Assembly: GCA_003164495.1 (NCBI GenBank)
Contig: PLTN01000229.1
Coordinates: 17,763-81,762, forward strand
Reading direction: 5' to 3'
Source of the DNA: Vulcanimicrobiota bacterium
GTDB taxonomy: Bacteria; Vulcanimicrobiota; Vulcanimicrobiia; Vulcanimicrobiales; Vulcanimicrobiaceae
Length of the DNA stretch: 64,000 nucleotides
Positions 1-9,541 of the stretch are shown here, piece after piece. The position numbers were made by a program, and so were the translations under genes. How positions within the stretch are numbered: position 1 is the stretch's first letter; the number at the start of each line of letters is the position of its first letter. The notes beneath the pieces are model-generated. The model had not been told where the DNA came from and ran no database searches. It saw only the letters and a program-made list of their open reading frames with translations.

Positions 1-1001
1 TTCTGGAAACCGGCAATGCCGGTGTAGCTGCCGGTTTTCATTGCGGCGCGGTCCTGGTTCCAGCGGTTCTTGCGCCCGCCGCGGAAGAACCCATCCTCAT
101 CCAGGTCGACGCCGGGCTCGACTTTGAGCCGGCGGCGCAGCGCGAGCGGATCGACCGGGGTGCCGTTTTGGCTGTGGTAGACGTCGAAGAGCATCGTGTT
201 CTCGTCATCCATCGGCACGAAGATCGAGGTGTGCGCCGGAAGATTCGGATCGAGCGGCGGTGGAATCGTCGAACTCGACGGCACGTTGAAGATCGTGACG
301 CGCGCGTACTTGGTCGTTTCGGGATCGACGTTGGGGACACGGATCGCGGCGTAACGGAAACCGTATGGCGTATCCTCGGCTTCGAGCCGCGGCGAGGCGT
401 CGCTCGACACCTCGAAGCGCTTGTCCCAATCGCGCGAACTGCCGCTGTGCAGATACCAGGAGTGAGCGGAGTCGATCGCGCCTTCGATCGCTTGCAAGTA
501 GTTCGAACGGTAACCGGACTTTGCTACGCCGACCTGGTTGCTCGGATAAGCCGTCCACGGGAAGGCCGGAAAGGGCGGCTCGAGTTCGCGCGGCCCGAGG
601 TACGCCCACACCATGCCGCCGGCTTCCCGTGTCGGATAGGCCACTGCCTTGAGGCGATCTTTGAATCCGCGGTCGTCGGGCTCCGTCGGCATGTCCATGC
701 AATTGCCGTCGACGTCGAACTTCCAGCCGTGATAGACGCAGCGAATCCCGCACTCTTCGTTGCGCCCGAGCACGAGCGATGAAAGGCGGTGCGGGCAGCC
801 GGCGTTGAGTACGCCGACGCGGCCCTGCGTATCGCGGAAGGCAACGAGCTCCTGGCCGAGGACCCGGATCGCGGCCGGTGCTCCGTCGGGCTCGATCTCT
901 TCGCTGAGCACCATCGGCAGCCAATAGCGGCGGAACATCTGTCCCATCGGCGCGTTGCCTTCGACCCGGGTGAGCAGCTCGTTCTCGGCCTGTGAAAGCA
1001 T
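1..1001 (-). CDS. Rieske (2Fe-2S) non-heme-iron oxygenase alpha subunit, phthalate/VanA-like type (3' end outside window)
   Basis: Frame stays open to the window edge, so it is absent from the ORF track. Minus-strand ATG at 999-1001 with GAGGAG about 7 nt upstream. My translation MLSQAENELLTRVEGNAPMGQMFRRYWLPMVLSEEIEPDGAPAAIRVLGQELVAFRDTQGRVGVLNAGCPHRLSSLVLGRNEECGIRCVYHGWKF carries the Rieske CxH-x16-CxxH motif. Confidence 0.85.
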   Translation of the reverse strand, partial: MLSQAENELLTRVEGNAPMGQMFRRYWLPMVLSEEIEPDGAPAAIRVLGQELVAFRDTQGRVGVLNAGCPHRLSSLVLGRNEECGIRCVYHGWKFDVDGNCMDMPTEPDDRGFKDRLKAVAYPTREAGGMVWAYLGPRELEPPFPAFPWTAYPSNQVGVAKSGYRSNYLQAIEGAIDSAHSWYLHSGSSRDWDKRFEVSSDASPRLEAEDTPYGFRYAAIRVPNVDPETTKYARVTIFNVPSSSTIPPPLDPNLPAHTSIFVPMDDENTMLFDVYHSQNGTPVDPLALRRRLKVEPGVDLDEDGFFRGGRKNRWNQDRAAMKTGSYTGIAGFQ

Positions 1002-1079
1002 GGCGGATCTCCTCAATATATAGCCAGGCATACAATATTTCGTGGGCGTAGAAACCCCTTTCCCCGAACGGAGGCACCC

Positions 1080-1571
1080 ATGCAACGTGAAGCCCGGGCG
1101 CAAGGTACGGTACGGCCGTTCAGCGCGAAGCCGCGGTCGAGTTTCGGCTACTTGCTGCGCGCGACGTCGCGGCGGCTCGACCGCGCCATCAGCCGCAGCC
1201 TCAGCACGTTCGGGTTGAGCGTCAGCCAGTATCACCTCATGCGCGAACTCTGGGAAGAGCAGGGCTCCACGGTGCGCGAGCTGGCATGGCGCGTGAACAT
1301 CACGGAGCCTTCGACGCTGAAGTCGATCAACTTGATGAGCGCGCAGGGTCTGGTCACCGTCCGCGTTGACGACGCGGACCGGCGCAAGCGGCTCGTATCG
1401 CTCACCGCGAAGGGCGCGCGACTGAAGAAGCCGGTGCTGGATGAAATCGAGCGCGTCAGCCTCGATGCATACACCGATGTGAGCCGCGCGGATATGCAGG
1501 CGGCGTTACGCGTTTTTCGAGCGATCGAATCGCGATTGGAGCGGGACGCTGCGAGCGCGGGGGCGCATTGA
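1080..1571 (+). CDS. MarR family transcriptional regulator
   Basis: 163 aa. Winged-helix MarR pattern (LSVSQYHLMRELWEEQGSTVRELAWRVNITEPSTLKSINLMSAQGLVTVRVDDADRRKRLVSLTAKG). GGAGG 5 nt upstream of the ATG. Divergent from the Rieske gene. Confidence 0.85.
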   Translation: MQREARAQGTVRPFSAKPRSSFGYLLRATSRRLDRAISRSLSTFGLSVSQYHLMRELWEEQGSTVRELAWRVNITEPSTLKSINLMSAQGLVTVRVDDADRRKRLVSLTAKGARLKKPVLDEIERVSLDAYTDVSRADMQAALRVFRAIESRLERDAASAGAH

Positions 1572-1584
1572 TCCGATACCGGAG

Positions 1585-2541
1585 GTGGACGCAGTGAGCT
1601 CACGTCGCTTGTTTCTCGGAGGGTTGGCCGCTAGCAGCGCTCTGCTTGCCCCATCGCGTTCCCGCGCCCAAGCCTTGACCACCATTCGTTGCGGGTCCGT
1701 TCCCGTCGACGGCTACGGTCAGCCTTACTATGGCTACGCGGCGGGAATCTTCCGCGATGCGGGTATCGATCTGCAGGTCGTCGACCTCGCGAATTCGGGC
1801 GCTATCGCCGCTGCGGTAGTGGGTGGTTCGATCGATGTCGGCCTCGGTAGCCCGAGCCAACTCGCAGGCGCGAAAGAGAAGGGGCTGCCGTTCACGTTTT
1901 TTGCCCCCGGCGGGCTCTACGCGGCCGATGCCCCATCCTCGCTGCTCATGGTCCCGAAGAATTCACCGGTTCGTGGCGCCCACGATCTCATCGGCAAGAC
2001 GGTCGGCGTCGACAACCTCACGAGTTTCACGCAATTCGGTGCGGTCGAGTGGTTCAAGAAGAACGGCGTCGACCCGGCATCGGTGAAGTTCGTCGAGATG
2101 CCGTTTTCCGCGATGCCGGCCGCGTTGGATGCCGGCCGGCTCGATGCAGGCCTCATCGCCGAACCGGCGCAGAGTGCAGCGCGCGCAACGTGCCGCGTTT
2201 TGGCAGATACAAATTCCACGATCGGTCCATCCTGGTTCATTTGCGTTTGGTTCACCACCGAAACGTGGATGGCGGCCAACCTGGCTCTCGCGCATCGTCT
2301 TGCGCGTGCGGTGGTGCAGACGTCGACGTGGGCCAACGCGCATCACACCGAAACCGCCGCGGCTTTGGAAAAGGCCTCGAAGATGCCGCACGAGGTGATC
2401 GTGAACATGACGCGCAGCCGCTTCGGTACGAAACTCGACGCGGCCCTGATCGATCCGCTGATCGAGATTGCCGCGAAGAACAACATGATCTCCGCGGCGA
2501 TCCCGGCGCGAACCCTGATCTACCCGGGGTTCGCGGGCTAA
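1585..2541 (+). CDS. periplasmic solute-binding protein, NMT1/SsuA-like (NitT/TauT-type ABC SBP family)
   Basis: 318 aa. Twin-arginine-like signal SSRRLFLGGLAASSALLAPSRSRAQA. Core motif GVDPASVKFVEMPFSAMPAALDAGRLDAGLIAEP and C-terminal LIDPLIEIAAKNNMI are shared with 10 paralogs in the window. Confidence 0.8.
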   Translation: MDAVSSRRLFLGGLAASSALLAPSRSRAQALTTIRCGSVPVDGYGQPYYGYAAGIFRDAGIDLQVVDLANSGAIAAAVVGGSIDVGLGSPSQLAGAKEKGLPFTFFAPGGLYAADAPSSLLMVPKNSPVRGAHDLIGKTVGVDNLTSFTQFGAVEWFKKNGVDPASVKFVEMPFSAMPAALDAGRLDAGLIAEPAQSAARATCRVLADTNSTIGPSWFICVWFTTETWMAANLALAHRLARAVVQTSTWANAHHTETAAALEKASKMPHEVIVNMTRSRFGTKLDAALIDPLIEIAAKNNMISAAIPARTLIYPGFAG

Positions 2542-2544
2542 ACG

Positions 2545-3489
2545 GTGCCGACGCGACGCGAAATTATCGCTTCCGCGGCATTGTTACCGCTAGCGGCCGG
2601 CGCGCTGCCCGCTCGCGCCCAGACGACGCCGTTGCGGGTCGGAGTCGTCGCGACGGATACGTACGCACAGGCAAATTTTGCCGATCAAGTCGGGATCTTC
2701 CAGCAGAACGGTCTCGCGGTGCAGGTAACGGTGCTGGCCAATGCCGGCACGGTGGGCGCCGGGGTTGCGAGCGGTGCGCTGGATATCGGCTGCGGGTCGG
2801 TCGGTCAGATCGCCGCCGCGCGCGAAAACGGCATTCCTTTCTATCTGATCGCGCCGGGTGCGCTCTTCAATGCGAAGGCGCCACCTGCGGAGTTGCGCGT
2901 TGCAACGTCGTCGACGCTGCAGACGGCACGCGACCTCAACGGTAAGAGCGTGGGGATCGACAATTTGCGCGGCCTGCCCCAGATCTCGGTCGACACATGG
3001 GTGCAGAAGAACGGCGGCGACGCCTCGACCCTGAGATATCTCGAAATACCGTTTCCGTCCATGGCCGCGGCTTTGCAGGCCGGACGCGTCGACGCCGCGG
3101 TGATCGCGGAACCGGCGCTCACGGCCGCCCGCGCTTCGACGCGGCTGCTCGCGAATACGCTCGAAGCCATCGCTCCGTCGTTCTTCATCAGCGTCTGGTT
3201 CGCGTCGAAACCGTGGCTAAGCCAAAACACTGCCATCGCCCACCGCTTTGCGGTCGCAATCGGCCAGAGTGCTCGCTGGGCGAATTCGCATCACGAGCAA
3301 TCCGCTCCGATGCTCGTAACCCTGACCAAAGTATCGCCGGAGGTGGCGGCGACGATGAACCGCGCCTACTTCGGTACCCGGCTGCAGGCGAGTCTTCTCG
3401 ATCCGATCCTAACGCTCACCCAGCGGTACGGCATCACCAAAACCACCGTCGACGGGAAGTCCCTCATCTACGACGGCTTCGCAAGCTAG
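2545..3489 (+). CDS. periplasmic solute-binding protein, NMT1/SsuA-like paralog
   Basis: 314 aa. Signal MPTRREIIASAALLPLAAGALPARAQ. Motifs GGDASTLRYLEIPFPSMAAALQAGRVDAAVIAEP and LLDPILTLTQRYGI. Starts 3 nt after the previous SBP gene. Confidence 0.8.
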   Translation: MPTRREIIASAALLPLAAGALPARAQTTPLRVGVVATDTYAQANFADQVGIFQQNGLAVQVTVLANAGTVGAGVASGALDIGCGSVGQIAAARENGIPFYLIAPGALFNAKAPPAELRVATSSTLQTARDLNGKSVGIDNLRGLPQISVDTWVQKNGGDASTLRYLEIPFPSMAAALQAGRVDAAVIAEPALTAARASTRLLANTLEAIAPSFFISVWFASKPWLSQNTAIAHRFAVAIGQSARWANSHHEQSAPMLVTLTKVSPEVAATMNRAYFGTRLQASLLDPILTLTQRYGITKTTVDGKSLIYDGFAS

Positions 3490-3565
3490 CGGCGGCCGCA
3501 AACTTGGGCAGGTTTACGAGAAGGCCTGTTTCCCAATGCGAACTCGGTGGTAAGGGGTGGAGACC

Positions 3566-3781
3566 ATGGAAACCGTGCCGAGCGACACCAACACCATCAA
3601 CGTGCAACTCGCGCGACCGCTCGCGCAGCGTCTTCTGACGTCGATCGAAATGCTCAGCCAGAGCTCGACCGCGGAGCGGCCGGAGTTCGAGGCCTTGCGC
3701 GAGGCGATCAAAACGGCATTCGAACGTGCGATCGCCCCCGAGACCTACGACCGCGAACCCATCGAGCGCGAACTGATTTAA
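3566..3781 (+). CDS. small hypothetical protein (71 aa)
   Basis: ORF 3557..3781. Internal ATG at 3566 preceded by AAGGGGTGGAG. Third codon positions are mostly G/C, like neighbouring genes. No recognisable motif. Its stop overlaps the convergent amidohydrolase stop by 4 nt. Confidence 0.4.
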   Translation: METVPSDTNTINVQLARPLAQRLLTSIEMLSQSSTAERPEFEALREAIKTAFERAIAPETYDREPIERELI

Positions 3782-4752
3782 AGCGCGAGAATGCCCTGGG
3801 CTGTTTCGCCGAGGATCATGCGCTTCTCCGATTCGCTGAGATCGGGACAGCGCTGTATGAAGCCGACCGGGTCGGTCTCGCCCACGGCGTAGTCTGAACC
3901 CAGCGTCAGCCGCTCCGGCCCGAGTATCTTCAGCACCGAGCTGAGCACCCCCGGATCGTACACGCAGGTGTCGTAGTAGAAGTTCTTCAGATACTCGCTC
4001 GGAAGACGGGACATGTTCTTCATGTTCCCCGGCATGTTCTTGGCGTTCTTGTCGAGGCGGCCCATGTAGTGCGGGAAGTAGCCGCCGGCGTGCGTCACGA
4101 CGATCTTCAGATGCGGAAAACGATCGAGCATGCCGTCGAAGATCATCGATGCGAGAAACTTCGCCTCTTCGAACGAGACGCCGAGCGAATTCCAAAATCC
4201 ATAGCGCTGGAACCAGTCGCATTTCGGGCCTTCCGGATGCATGAACACGGCCACGTCGCGGTCCTGCACGGCCTCCCAGAACGGGGCCCACGCCGGATCG
4301 CCCAGGTAACTCCCGCGCACGTTCGAGGAGAGGTTCACCACGCGCAGGCCGAGATCGTCGACGGCGCGCGTGAACTCCTCGAGCGCGAGTTGCATATCTT
4401 GCAGCGGCAGCACGAAACTTCCGATGATGCGATTCGGATAACGCGTGGCCCAGTCGGCGGCGACATCGTTGAGACGGCGGGTGAAGGCGTTCTCGACCGC
4501 GGGTTCCGCCCATGAGGTCGGCGAGAGAACGGTCGTCGACGAGAGCACCATTTTGGTGATGCCCATGCGGTCCATGTCTTCGATGATGCGCTCGGGATCT
4601 TGCATGTTGGCGAAGTTACGCACGATTCCAGGCGAAGCCGGATGCGCGCCGAAGCCGGTCGCCGGCGAGTGTTGGTGGCACTGCTCGAGGACATCCTCGA
4701 CCATGTAGTGCGCGTGGAAGTCGATCACGGGCGAGGCTTCGGCGTTGTCCAT
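3778..4752 (-). CDS. amidohydrolase-2 family protein (ACMSD/LigW-like metal-dependent hydrolase or decarboxylase)
   Basis: 324 aa. N-terminal metal motif VIDFHAHYM, later KIVVTHAGGYFP and LTLGSDYAVGE, typical of the TIM-barrel amidohydrolase_2 family. No signal peptide. Confidence 0.8.
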   Translation of the reverse strand: MDNAEASPVIDFHAHYMVEDVLEQCHQHSPATGFGAHPASPGIVRNFANMQDPERIIEDMDRMGITKMVLSSTTVLSPTSWAEPAVENAFTRRLNDVAADWATRYPNRIIGSFVLPLQDMQLALEEFTRAVDDLGLRVVNLSSNVRGSYLGDPAWAPFWEAVQDRDVAVFMHPEGPKCDWFQRYGFWNSLGVSFEEAKFLASMIFDGMLDRFPHLKIVVTHAGGYFPHYMGRLDKNAKNMPGNMKNMSRLPSEYLKNFYYDTCVYDPGVLSSVLKILGPERLTLGSDYAVGETDPVGFIQRCPDLSESEKRMILGETAQGILAL

Positions 4753-4890
4753 GGAGCGGCGTTTCGACGATAATCAACGCGGTACCGTCCGATGGAGTAC
4801 GAGAGTGCACGAATCCGAACGAACACGCGAACGCGAGCGCGAACGTCCGCAGCAGATGACATTGCTCGACGGCGTGAAGCATCCGTCGTC

Positions 4891-6060
4891 ATGACGCTTT
4901 TGGAGAGTGCCCGGCTCCTCGTGCCGCGCCTCATCGAGCGCGGCCCTCGTGCCGACAGCGATCGCCGCATTCCGAACGAAACGATCGCCGAGATGAAGGC
5001 TGCCGGGCTTTTTCGCGCGCTGCAGCCGAAGCGCTGGGGCGGTCTCGAACTCGATTTGCAAACGTTCTATGACACGCTGATCACGCTCGCGGAAGGCGAC
5101 ATGTCGACAGCTTGGGTCTACGGCGTGCTCGGCATCGCACCGTGGGTCGTTGCGTTGCTCGACGATCGCGCCGCGGCCGACGTCTGGTCCGAGGATTCAT
5201 CGACGCTCGTCGGGCTCTCGTTGGCGCCGGCCGGCGACGTCACGCCCGTCGAGGGCGGCGTCCGGATCAGCGGACGCTGGCGATACGCGAGCGGCTCGGC
5301 GCACTGCGACTGGGCGTTCCTTGGCGCGATCGTGCGGCCGGAGGGCGCGCAAGCGGGCCGACCGCGCGCCGGTTGGACCATTCTGCTGGTGCCGAAATCC
5401 GACTACCGGATCGACGACACGTGGTACACGTTCGGTCTCAAGGGAACCGGCAGCAACGACATCGTCGTGACCGACGCGTTCGTTCCGCACCATCGTATGC
5501 GGCGCATGGAAGAGAACCTCAGCTGCACCGGGCCGGGGCAGGCCGTCAACCCGGCGCCGCTCTACCGCATTCCCTTCGGTCAGGTGTTCGGCGGCGGCGT
5601 CGCGTACGGACCGATCGGCGGATTGCGCGGGATGCTCGATGAGTTTCTCGCGTACGCGCAGCAGCGGGTACGGTCGGGTGCCCGAACGATGGTCACCGAC
5701 CCCGATGCGCAACTCGTCGCCGGCGAGGCGGAAAATGCGATCGACGAGCTCACGGCGATCGCCCACCGCAACGTCGCCAATCTCACGGCCTATGCCGAGC
5801 GCGGCGCGGTTCCGCCCGACGACGAGCGCCTGAAGTACAAGTTTCAGATGGCGAACGTTTCCGAGCGCTGCCGCGCGCTCGGCGCGCGGATGCTTCAAGC
5901 AGCGGGCGCATCCGGCATCGCAACGCAATACCGCTTCGGGCGCACGTTCGCGGACCTCACCTCGGCGCGCCAGCACATCACGAACCAGCACGAAATGCAC
6001 GGCCGGCACTGGGGCGCTCATCTCTTCGGTGAAACGATCCCCCCGGACCTCATGCAATAA
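4891..6060 (+). CDS. acyl-CoA-dehydrogenase-fold flavin-dependent monooxygenase, oxygenase component (HsaA/HpaH-C2-like)
   Basis: ORF 4792..6060; ATG at 4891 (MTLLESARLLVPRLIERGPRADSDRRIPNETIAEMKAAGLFRALQPKRWGG). Motifs RISGRWRYASGSAHCDWAFLGA, SDYRIDDTWYTFGLKGTGSNDIVV and C-terminal HEMHGRHWGAHLFG match my recollection of HsaA-type two-component monooxygenases. Confidence 0.75.
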   Translation: MTLLESARLLVPRLIERGPRADSDRRIPNETIAEMKAAGLFRALQPKRWGGLELDLQTFYDTLITLAEGDMSTAWVYGVLGIAPWVVALLDDRAAADVWSEDSSTLVGLSLAPAGDVTPVEGGVRISGRWRYASGSAHCDWAFLGAIVRPEGAQAGRPRAGWTILLVPKSDYRIDDTWYTFGLKGTGSNDIVVTDAFVPHHRMRRMEENLSCTGPGQAVNPAPLYRIPFGQVFGGGVAYGPIGGLRGMLDEFLAYAQQRVRSGARTMVTDPDAQLVAGEAENAIDELTAIAHRNVANLTAYAERGAVPPDDERLKYKFQMANVSERCRALGARMLQAAGASGIATQYRFGRTFADLTSARQHITNQHEMHGRHWGAHLFGETIPPDLMQ

Positions 6061-6070
6061 AGAGCGCGCT

Positions 6071-7027
6071 TTAGGTAAAGACCTTCGTGCGCAGATCGAC
6101 GTTCGTATCGAGCAAGCCGGTCTGCCGCATCATCGACGTCAGACGCGGCAGCGAGGCGGGCACGATGTCCGCTTGCACCGCAACGGGCTTCATACGCCGC
6201 ACCAGGTCGGGATTCAATCCCGAGAACTCCGCCACGAGATCGTAGTACGGCTGTTTGCCCTGATTCGCAGCCGTCCACGCCGCGCCGCGTTTGTACGCGC
6301 GCACGAACGCGCGGATATCGTTGGGCCGTGTCTGCGTCAACGCACCCGTTACGGCGAAAAACGCCATCGGGCCGCCGGCGTACGCCGTGCTCATCGGCCA
6401 TGCGAGCAGTTCGAGGGCCGGATCGTCGAGGGCGACGGTCAGCGCCGGGTCGATGATCAACGCGGCGTCGACGCGTTTGTTCTTGATCGCGTCGGGCATC
6501 GTGGGCAGCGCCAATTCGACGATCTGCACTTTCGCGGGATCGCCGCCGGTCGCGCTGATCCACGCCATCACGACCATCCAGATCACGTCGTGCAGCGTGT
6601 TCACGGCGACGACTTTGCCTTCGAGATCCTTGCCGGTGTGTAACGCATCGCCTTTGCGTCTGAGGATGGCACCGGAATCCGGCGGCTTATTCGACGCGAT
6701 CGTCCCTTCGAGGATCAAGCGCAAGTCGATGCCGCGCGCAATCGCTTCAACGACGCTGGTCGAGTTGGTGAACACGATGTCGGTCGAGCCGCTGAGCATG
6801 GCCGGAATCGCGGCCGCACCGCCGCGGATGACTTGCCCGGTGACCGCGAGATTTTCGGCGGCGAAATAGCCGAACTTGTCGGCGGCATAAAACGGTGCGT
6901 TCGTCGCGATCGGAATGATGCCGACGCGCAGCGGAATCGCATCGGCGCGCGCCGGCTCGATCATCGCGCCGCCGAGGGCCGCTCCCAGGGCCAGGATGCT
7001 GGATCTCCGCGAGATGGGATGCATCAT
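6071..7027 (-). CDS. periplasmic solute-binding protein, NMT1/SsuA-like paralog
   Basis: ORF 6071..7168; start moved to the MM at 7027 (MMHPISRRSSILALGAALGGAMIEPARADA signal). Motifs GGDPAKVQIVELALPTMPDAIKNKRVDAALIIDP. Confidence 0.75.
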   Translation of the reverse strand: MMHPISRRSSILALGAALGGAMIEPARADAIPLRVGIIPIATNAPFYAADKFGYFAAENLAVTGQVIRGGAAAIPAMLSGSTDIVFTNSTSVVEAIARGIDLRLILEGTIASNKPPDSGAILRRKGDALHTGKDLEGKVVAVNTLHDVIWMVVMAWISATGGDPAKVQIVELALPTMPDAIKNKRVDAALIIDPALTVALDDPALELLAWPMSTAYAGGPMAFFAVTGALTQTRPNDIRAFVRAYKRGAAWTAANQGKQPYYDLVAEFSGLNPDLVRRMKPVAVQADIVPASLPRLTSMMRQTGLLDTNVDLRTKVFT

Positions 7028-7081
7028 CAACGGTAGTCCGCCTAGCGCAGGAATTACTCCTAGTGGACGCAAGTCGGGGGC

Positions 7082-8056
7082 GTGCTGAAGCTCTCTCGAC
7101 GCGCGCTCATCCTCGCCGTGGCTGCCGCCGGTGCGGAGCGTGTATTCGAGCGCGGCGCGGGCGCCCAAACGCCGGCGAAAATCCGGGTTGCCGCCGTCCC
7201 GATCGACCTCGACGGCGCCCCGCTGTACGCGTTGGCGCAGGGTTTCTTTCGCAAGCGGAACCTCGACGTCGAGCTGGTGGTAATGACGAATGGTCCGGCC
7301 ACCGCGGCGGCCGTGATCGGCGGATCGCTGGATTTCGGCACGGCCGCCGTTATCACGATCGCCAACGCGCGCGAGCGCGGCATCCCGTTCGTGATGGTCG
7401 CACCCGGAGCCGCGTACTCATCCAAACAAGCCACCGGCTCGCTCATCGCACTTCAATCCTCGCCGTTGCACACGGCCAAAGATCTCGCCGGGAAGACCGT
7501 CGCGGTAACGAGCCTGAAGGGCGTGAGCGAAATGGCCATGTGGGCGTGGCTCGACCAGAACGGCTTGCCCGCCGACGCGGTAAAGTTTATCGAAATTCCC
7601 TACGCGGACATGGGCGGCGCGCTGGCCGCCGGCCGCGTCGATGCCGTCGTCGCGGAAGAGCCGGCGCAGTCGCTGATCCTCGCCAACGGCGGTCGCATCG
7701 TCGCTACGGTCAACGATGCGATCGGCGAAGAGTGGGTCGGCGGCGGCTGGTTCTGCATGCAAGACTACGCCGCGACGCACGCCGGCATCGTGCGCCGCTT
7801 TGCCGACGCGATGGCCGAAGCCGGCGCGTGGGCCAACAAGAACCATGATGCCTCGGCCAAAATCCTCGAAGCCTACTCGAAACAATCGATGAATCCGAAT
7901 CAAAAACGCGCGTATTATCCGGAACGCATCGACCCGGCCCTGCTTCAACCCCTCATCGACGTCTCGGCAAAATACGGCCTTTTGAAAGCCTCGTTTCCGG
8001 CCAAGGACCTCATCGCGCCCCAACTCCTCGCCTCGCCGGCCAGGCCTTCGCAGTGA
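7082..8056 (+). CDS. periplasmic solute-binding protein, NMT1/SsuA-like paralog
   Basis: 324 aa, GTG start. Signal LSRRALILAVAAAGAERVFERGAGAQ. Motifs GLPADAVKFIEIPYADMGGALAAGRVDAVVAEEP and LLQPLIDVSAKYGLL. Confidence 0.8.
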   Translation: MLKLSRRALILAVAAAGAERVFERGAGAQTPAKIRVAAVPIDLDGAPLYALAQGFFRKRNLDVELVVMTNGPATAAAVIGGSLDFGTAAVITIANARERGIPFVMVAPGAAYSSKQATGSLIALQSSPLHTAKDLAGKTVAVTSLKGVSEMAMWAWLDQNGLPADAVKFIEIPYADMGGALAAGRVDAVVAEEPAQSLILANGGRIVATVNDAIGEEWVGGGWFCMQDYAATHAGIVRRFADAMAEAGAWANKNHDASAKILEAYSKQSMNPNQKRAYYPERIDPALLQPLIDVSAKYGLLKASFPAKDLIAPQLLASPARPSQ

Positions 8057-8120
8057 ATTAACAGAGGCTGCGCCGCTCCGGGCGAAGAGCGCAGGCGCCA
8101 AACGGCGAAAACGCTCCGCA

Positions 8121-9125
8121 ATGCACGAGGTGAAGTTCCTGGATCGCGGGGTTCAACTGATCCTGGACGACATCGCCAGGCATCGGGAAGACCCCGCAAA
8201 GACCAAGGATGTCCTGTGGAAGGCTGCGTGGGCACGCGGGTATCAGGACGTTCTCGTACCGGTCCACGGTTCGGACACGCGGTACGAAGGAACGCTGTGC
8301 CTGGCATACCGGTTGTCGTCCGGCCGGATCGTTGTTGCCGTCGATACCGGGGAGCGCATGCTCACCGCGGTCGACGAGTTCGAACCGCTGCCCGGCGTCG
8401 GGTCGAAGGTGCGGCTTACCGCGATCTTCATGGGCGAAAAAGAGAAATGGGTCATCAAGGCTCTGGCGACCATCGGCTGCGGGCTCTCGGTCGACTTTAC
8501 CGCGGACGTCGCGAACAAACGTCTCGGCGATTCGGGCTGGGCGGATACCCTGCGCAACGCACTCTCGCAGGCGCGCTCGGCTGAAAATGAAGTGACCAAA
8601 ACGCTCAATCTGCAGCGCATGGCCTTGCCGCCGGTCGAAGAAGAGCCGCCCTTCAAAGATCAAATCATCAAGCTGGATGAAGAAATGCGCGCTCGCATAT
8701 CGTCGGCGCCGTTGACGCCGGACGAAGAACGCGAAAAGAGCAAACTGCGCACGCAGGATCAGGCGAACGCATTTTTCACGCGCCGCAAGGCGAAGCTCGC
8801 CGAACAATACCGCGTCGAGTCGATTCACTTCCGGGAAAAGGGCATTCCGGAATTACGTGCCGCCTACGATAAGCGCCAGGTTCGTCTTCAAGCGGCGCAA
8901 GCCGAAGTTGCGCGCGTGACGAAACTCTTGGCCGAGAACCTCGCTAACGTCGAACTCGCCGGCCAAGCCGCGAAGATGATCGAACGGATCGAGGAAGCGT
9001 GCCTTCCGATCGTCGTCGGCGACATGAGCCCCGTCCAAACCGATCCGCGCGGCCATTTCAAAGAAATCGTCGAGATGCTCTCCCAACTTTACGAAATAGC
9101 CACGACGCAGCGCCGCCGCGTCTAA
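8121..9125 (+). CDS. hypothetical protein: about 140-aa N-terminal globular part plus long K/E/R/Q-rich predicted coiled-coil tail
   Basis: 334 aa. Codon third positions favour this frame over the antisense ORF 8058..8828. No signal peptide or TM segment. The C-terminal half (EEEPPFKDQIIKLDEEMRARISS...KRQVRLQAAQAEVARVTKLLAENLANVELAG) looks heptad-like. No family recognised. Confidence 0.6.
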   Translation: MHEVKFLDRGVQLILDDIARHREDPAKTKDVLWKAAWARGYQDVLVPVHGSDTRYEGTLCLAYRLSSGRIVVAVDTGERMLTAVDEFEPLPGVGSKVRLTAIFMGEKEKWVIKALATIGCGLSVDFTADVANKRLGDSGWADTLRNALSQARSAENEVTKTLNLQRMALPPVEEEPPFKDQIIKLDEEMRARISSAPLTPDEEREKSKLRTQDQANAFFTRRKAKLAEQYRVESIHFREKGIPELRAAYDKRQVRLQAAQAEVARVTKLLAENLANVELAGQAAKMIERIEEACLPIVVGDMSPVQTDPRGHFKEIVEMLSQLYEIATTQRRRV

Positions 9126-9157
9126 AAAACAACGGGAACGGAAGGGTAAGGAGCAGC

Positions 9158-9541
9158 ATGTTTCACCTCGAGCAGTTCCTCGACTACGGCCTCGTCTTTC
9201 TCAGAATCATGGTGGGTTTGGTCTTCGCCTCGAGCGGTCTTTCTCACGTGAAAGACCCCGACAAACGAAGCAAAGAAATCGGGATGCCGAAAGGCTTCAC
9301 GATTTTTCTCGGCTGCGGCGAGCTGCTCGGCGGGGTTTCGGTGATCGCCGGCTTCTTGATTCAACTTGCCTGCATCGGCTTGTTGCTCATCATGCTCGGT
9401 GCGCTGCAGAAGAAGCTCTTCGTTTGGAAAACCGGCTTCTGGGGCAAGGACGGATTGGGTTGGAACTACGACTTGATTTGCTCGTCCATGCTGATCGTGA
9501 TCCTGTTCACGGACGGCGGGCGCTTCACGATACTCGGGTGA
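9158..9541 (+). CDS. DoxX family membrane protein
   Basis: ORF 8999..9541; ATG at 9158 with AAGGAG 6 nt upstream. 127 aa with about 4 hydrophobic segments (GLVFLRIMVGLVFASSGLSHV..., FTIFLGCGELLGGVSVIAGFLIQLACIGLLLIMLGA, LICSSMLIVILF). It is the only clearly membrane-embedded protein in the window. Confidence 0.7.
   Translation: MFHLEQFLDYGLVFLRIMVGLVFASSGLSHVKDPDKRSKEIGMPKGFTIFLGCGELLGGVSVIAGFLIQLACIGLLLIMLGALQKKLFVWKTGFWGKDGLGWNYDLICSSMLIVILFTDGGRFTILG

Noticed and set aside
1002-1079. MarR operator in the A/T-rich Rieske-MarR divergent region (CAATAT...CAATAT)
   Set aside because: The region is clearly a divergent promoter gap with good RBSs on both sides. However, I could only find a short direct repeat (CAATAT, twice) and no convincing inverted repeat, so no operator is called.
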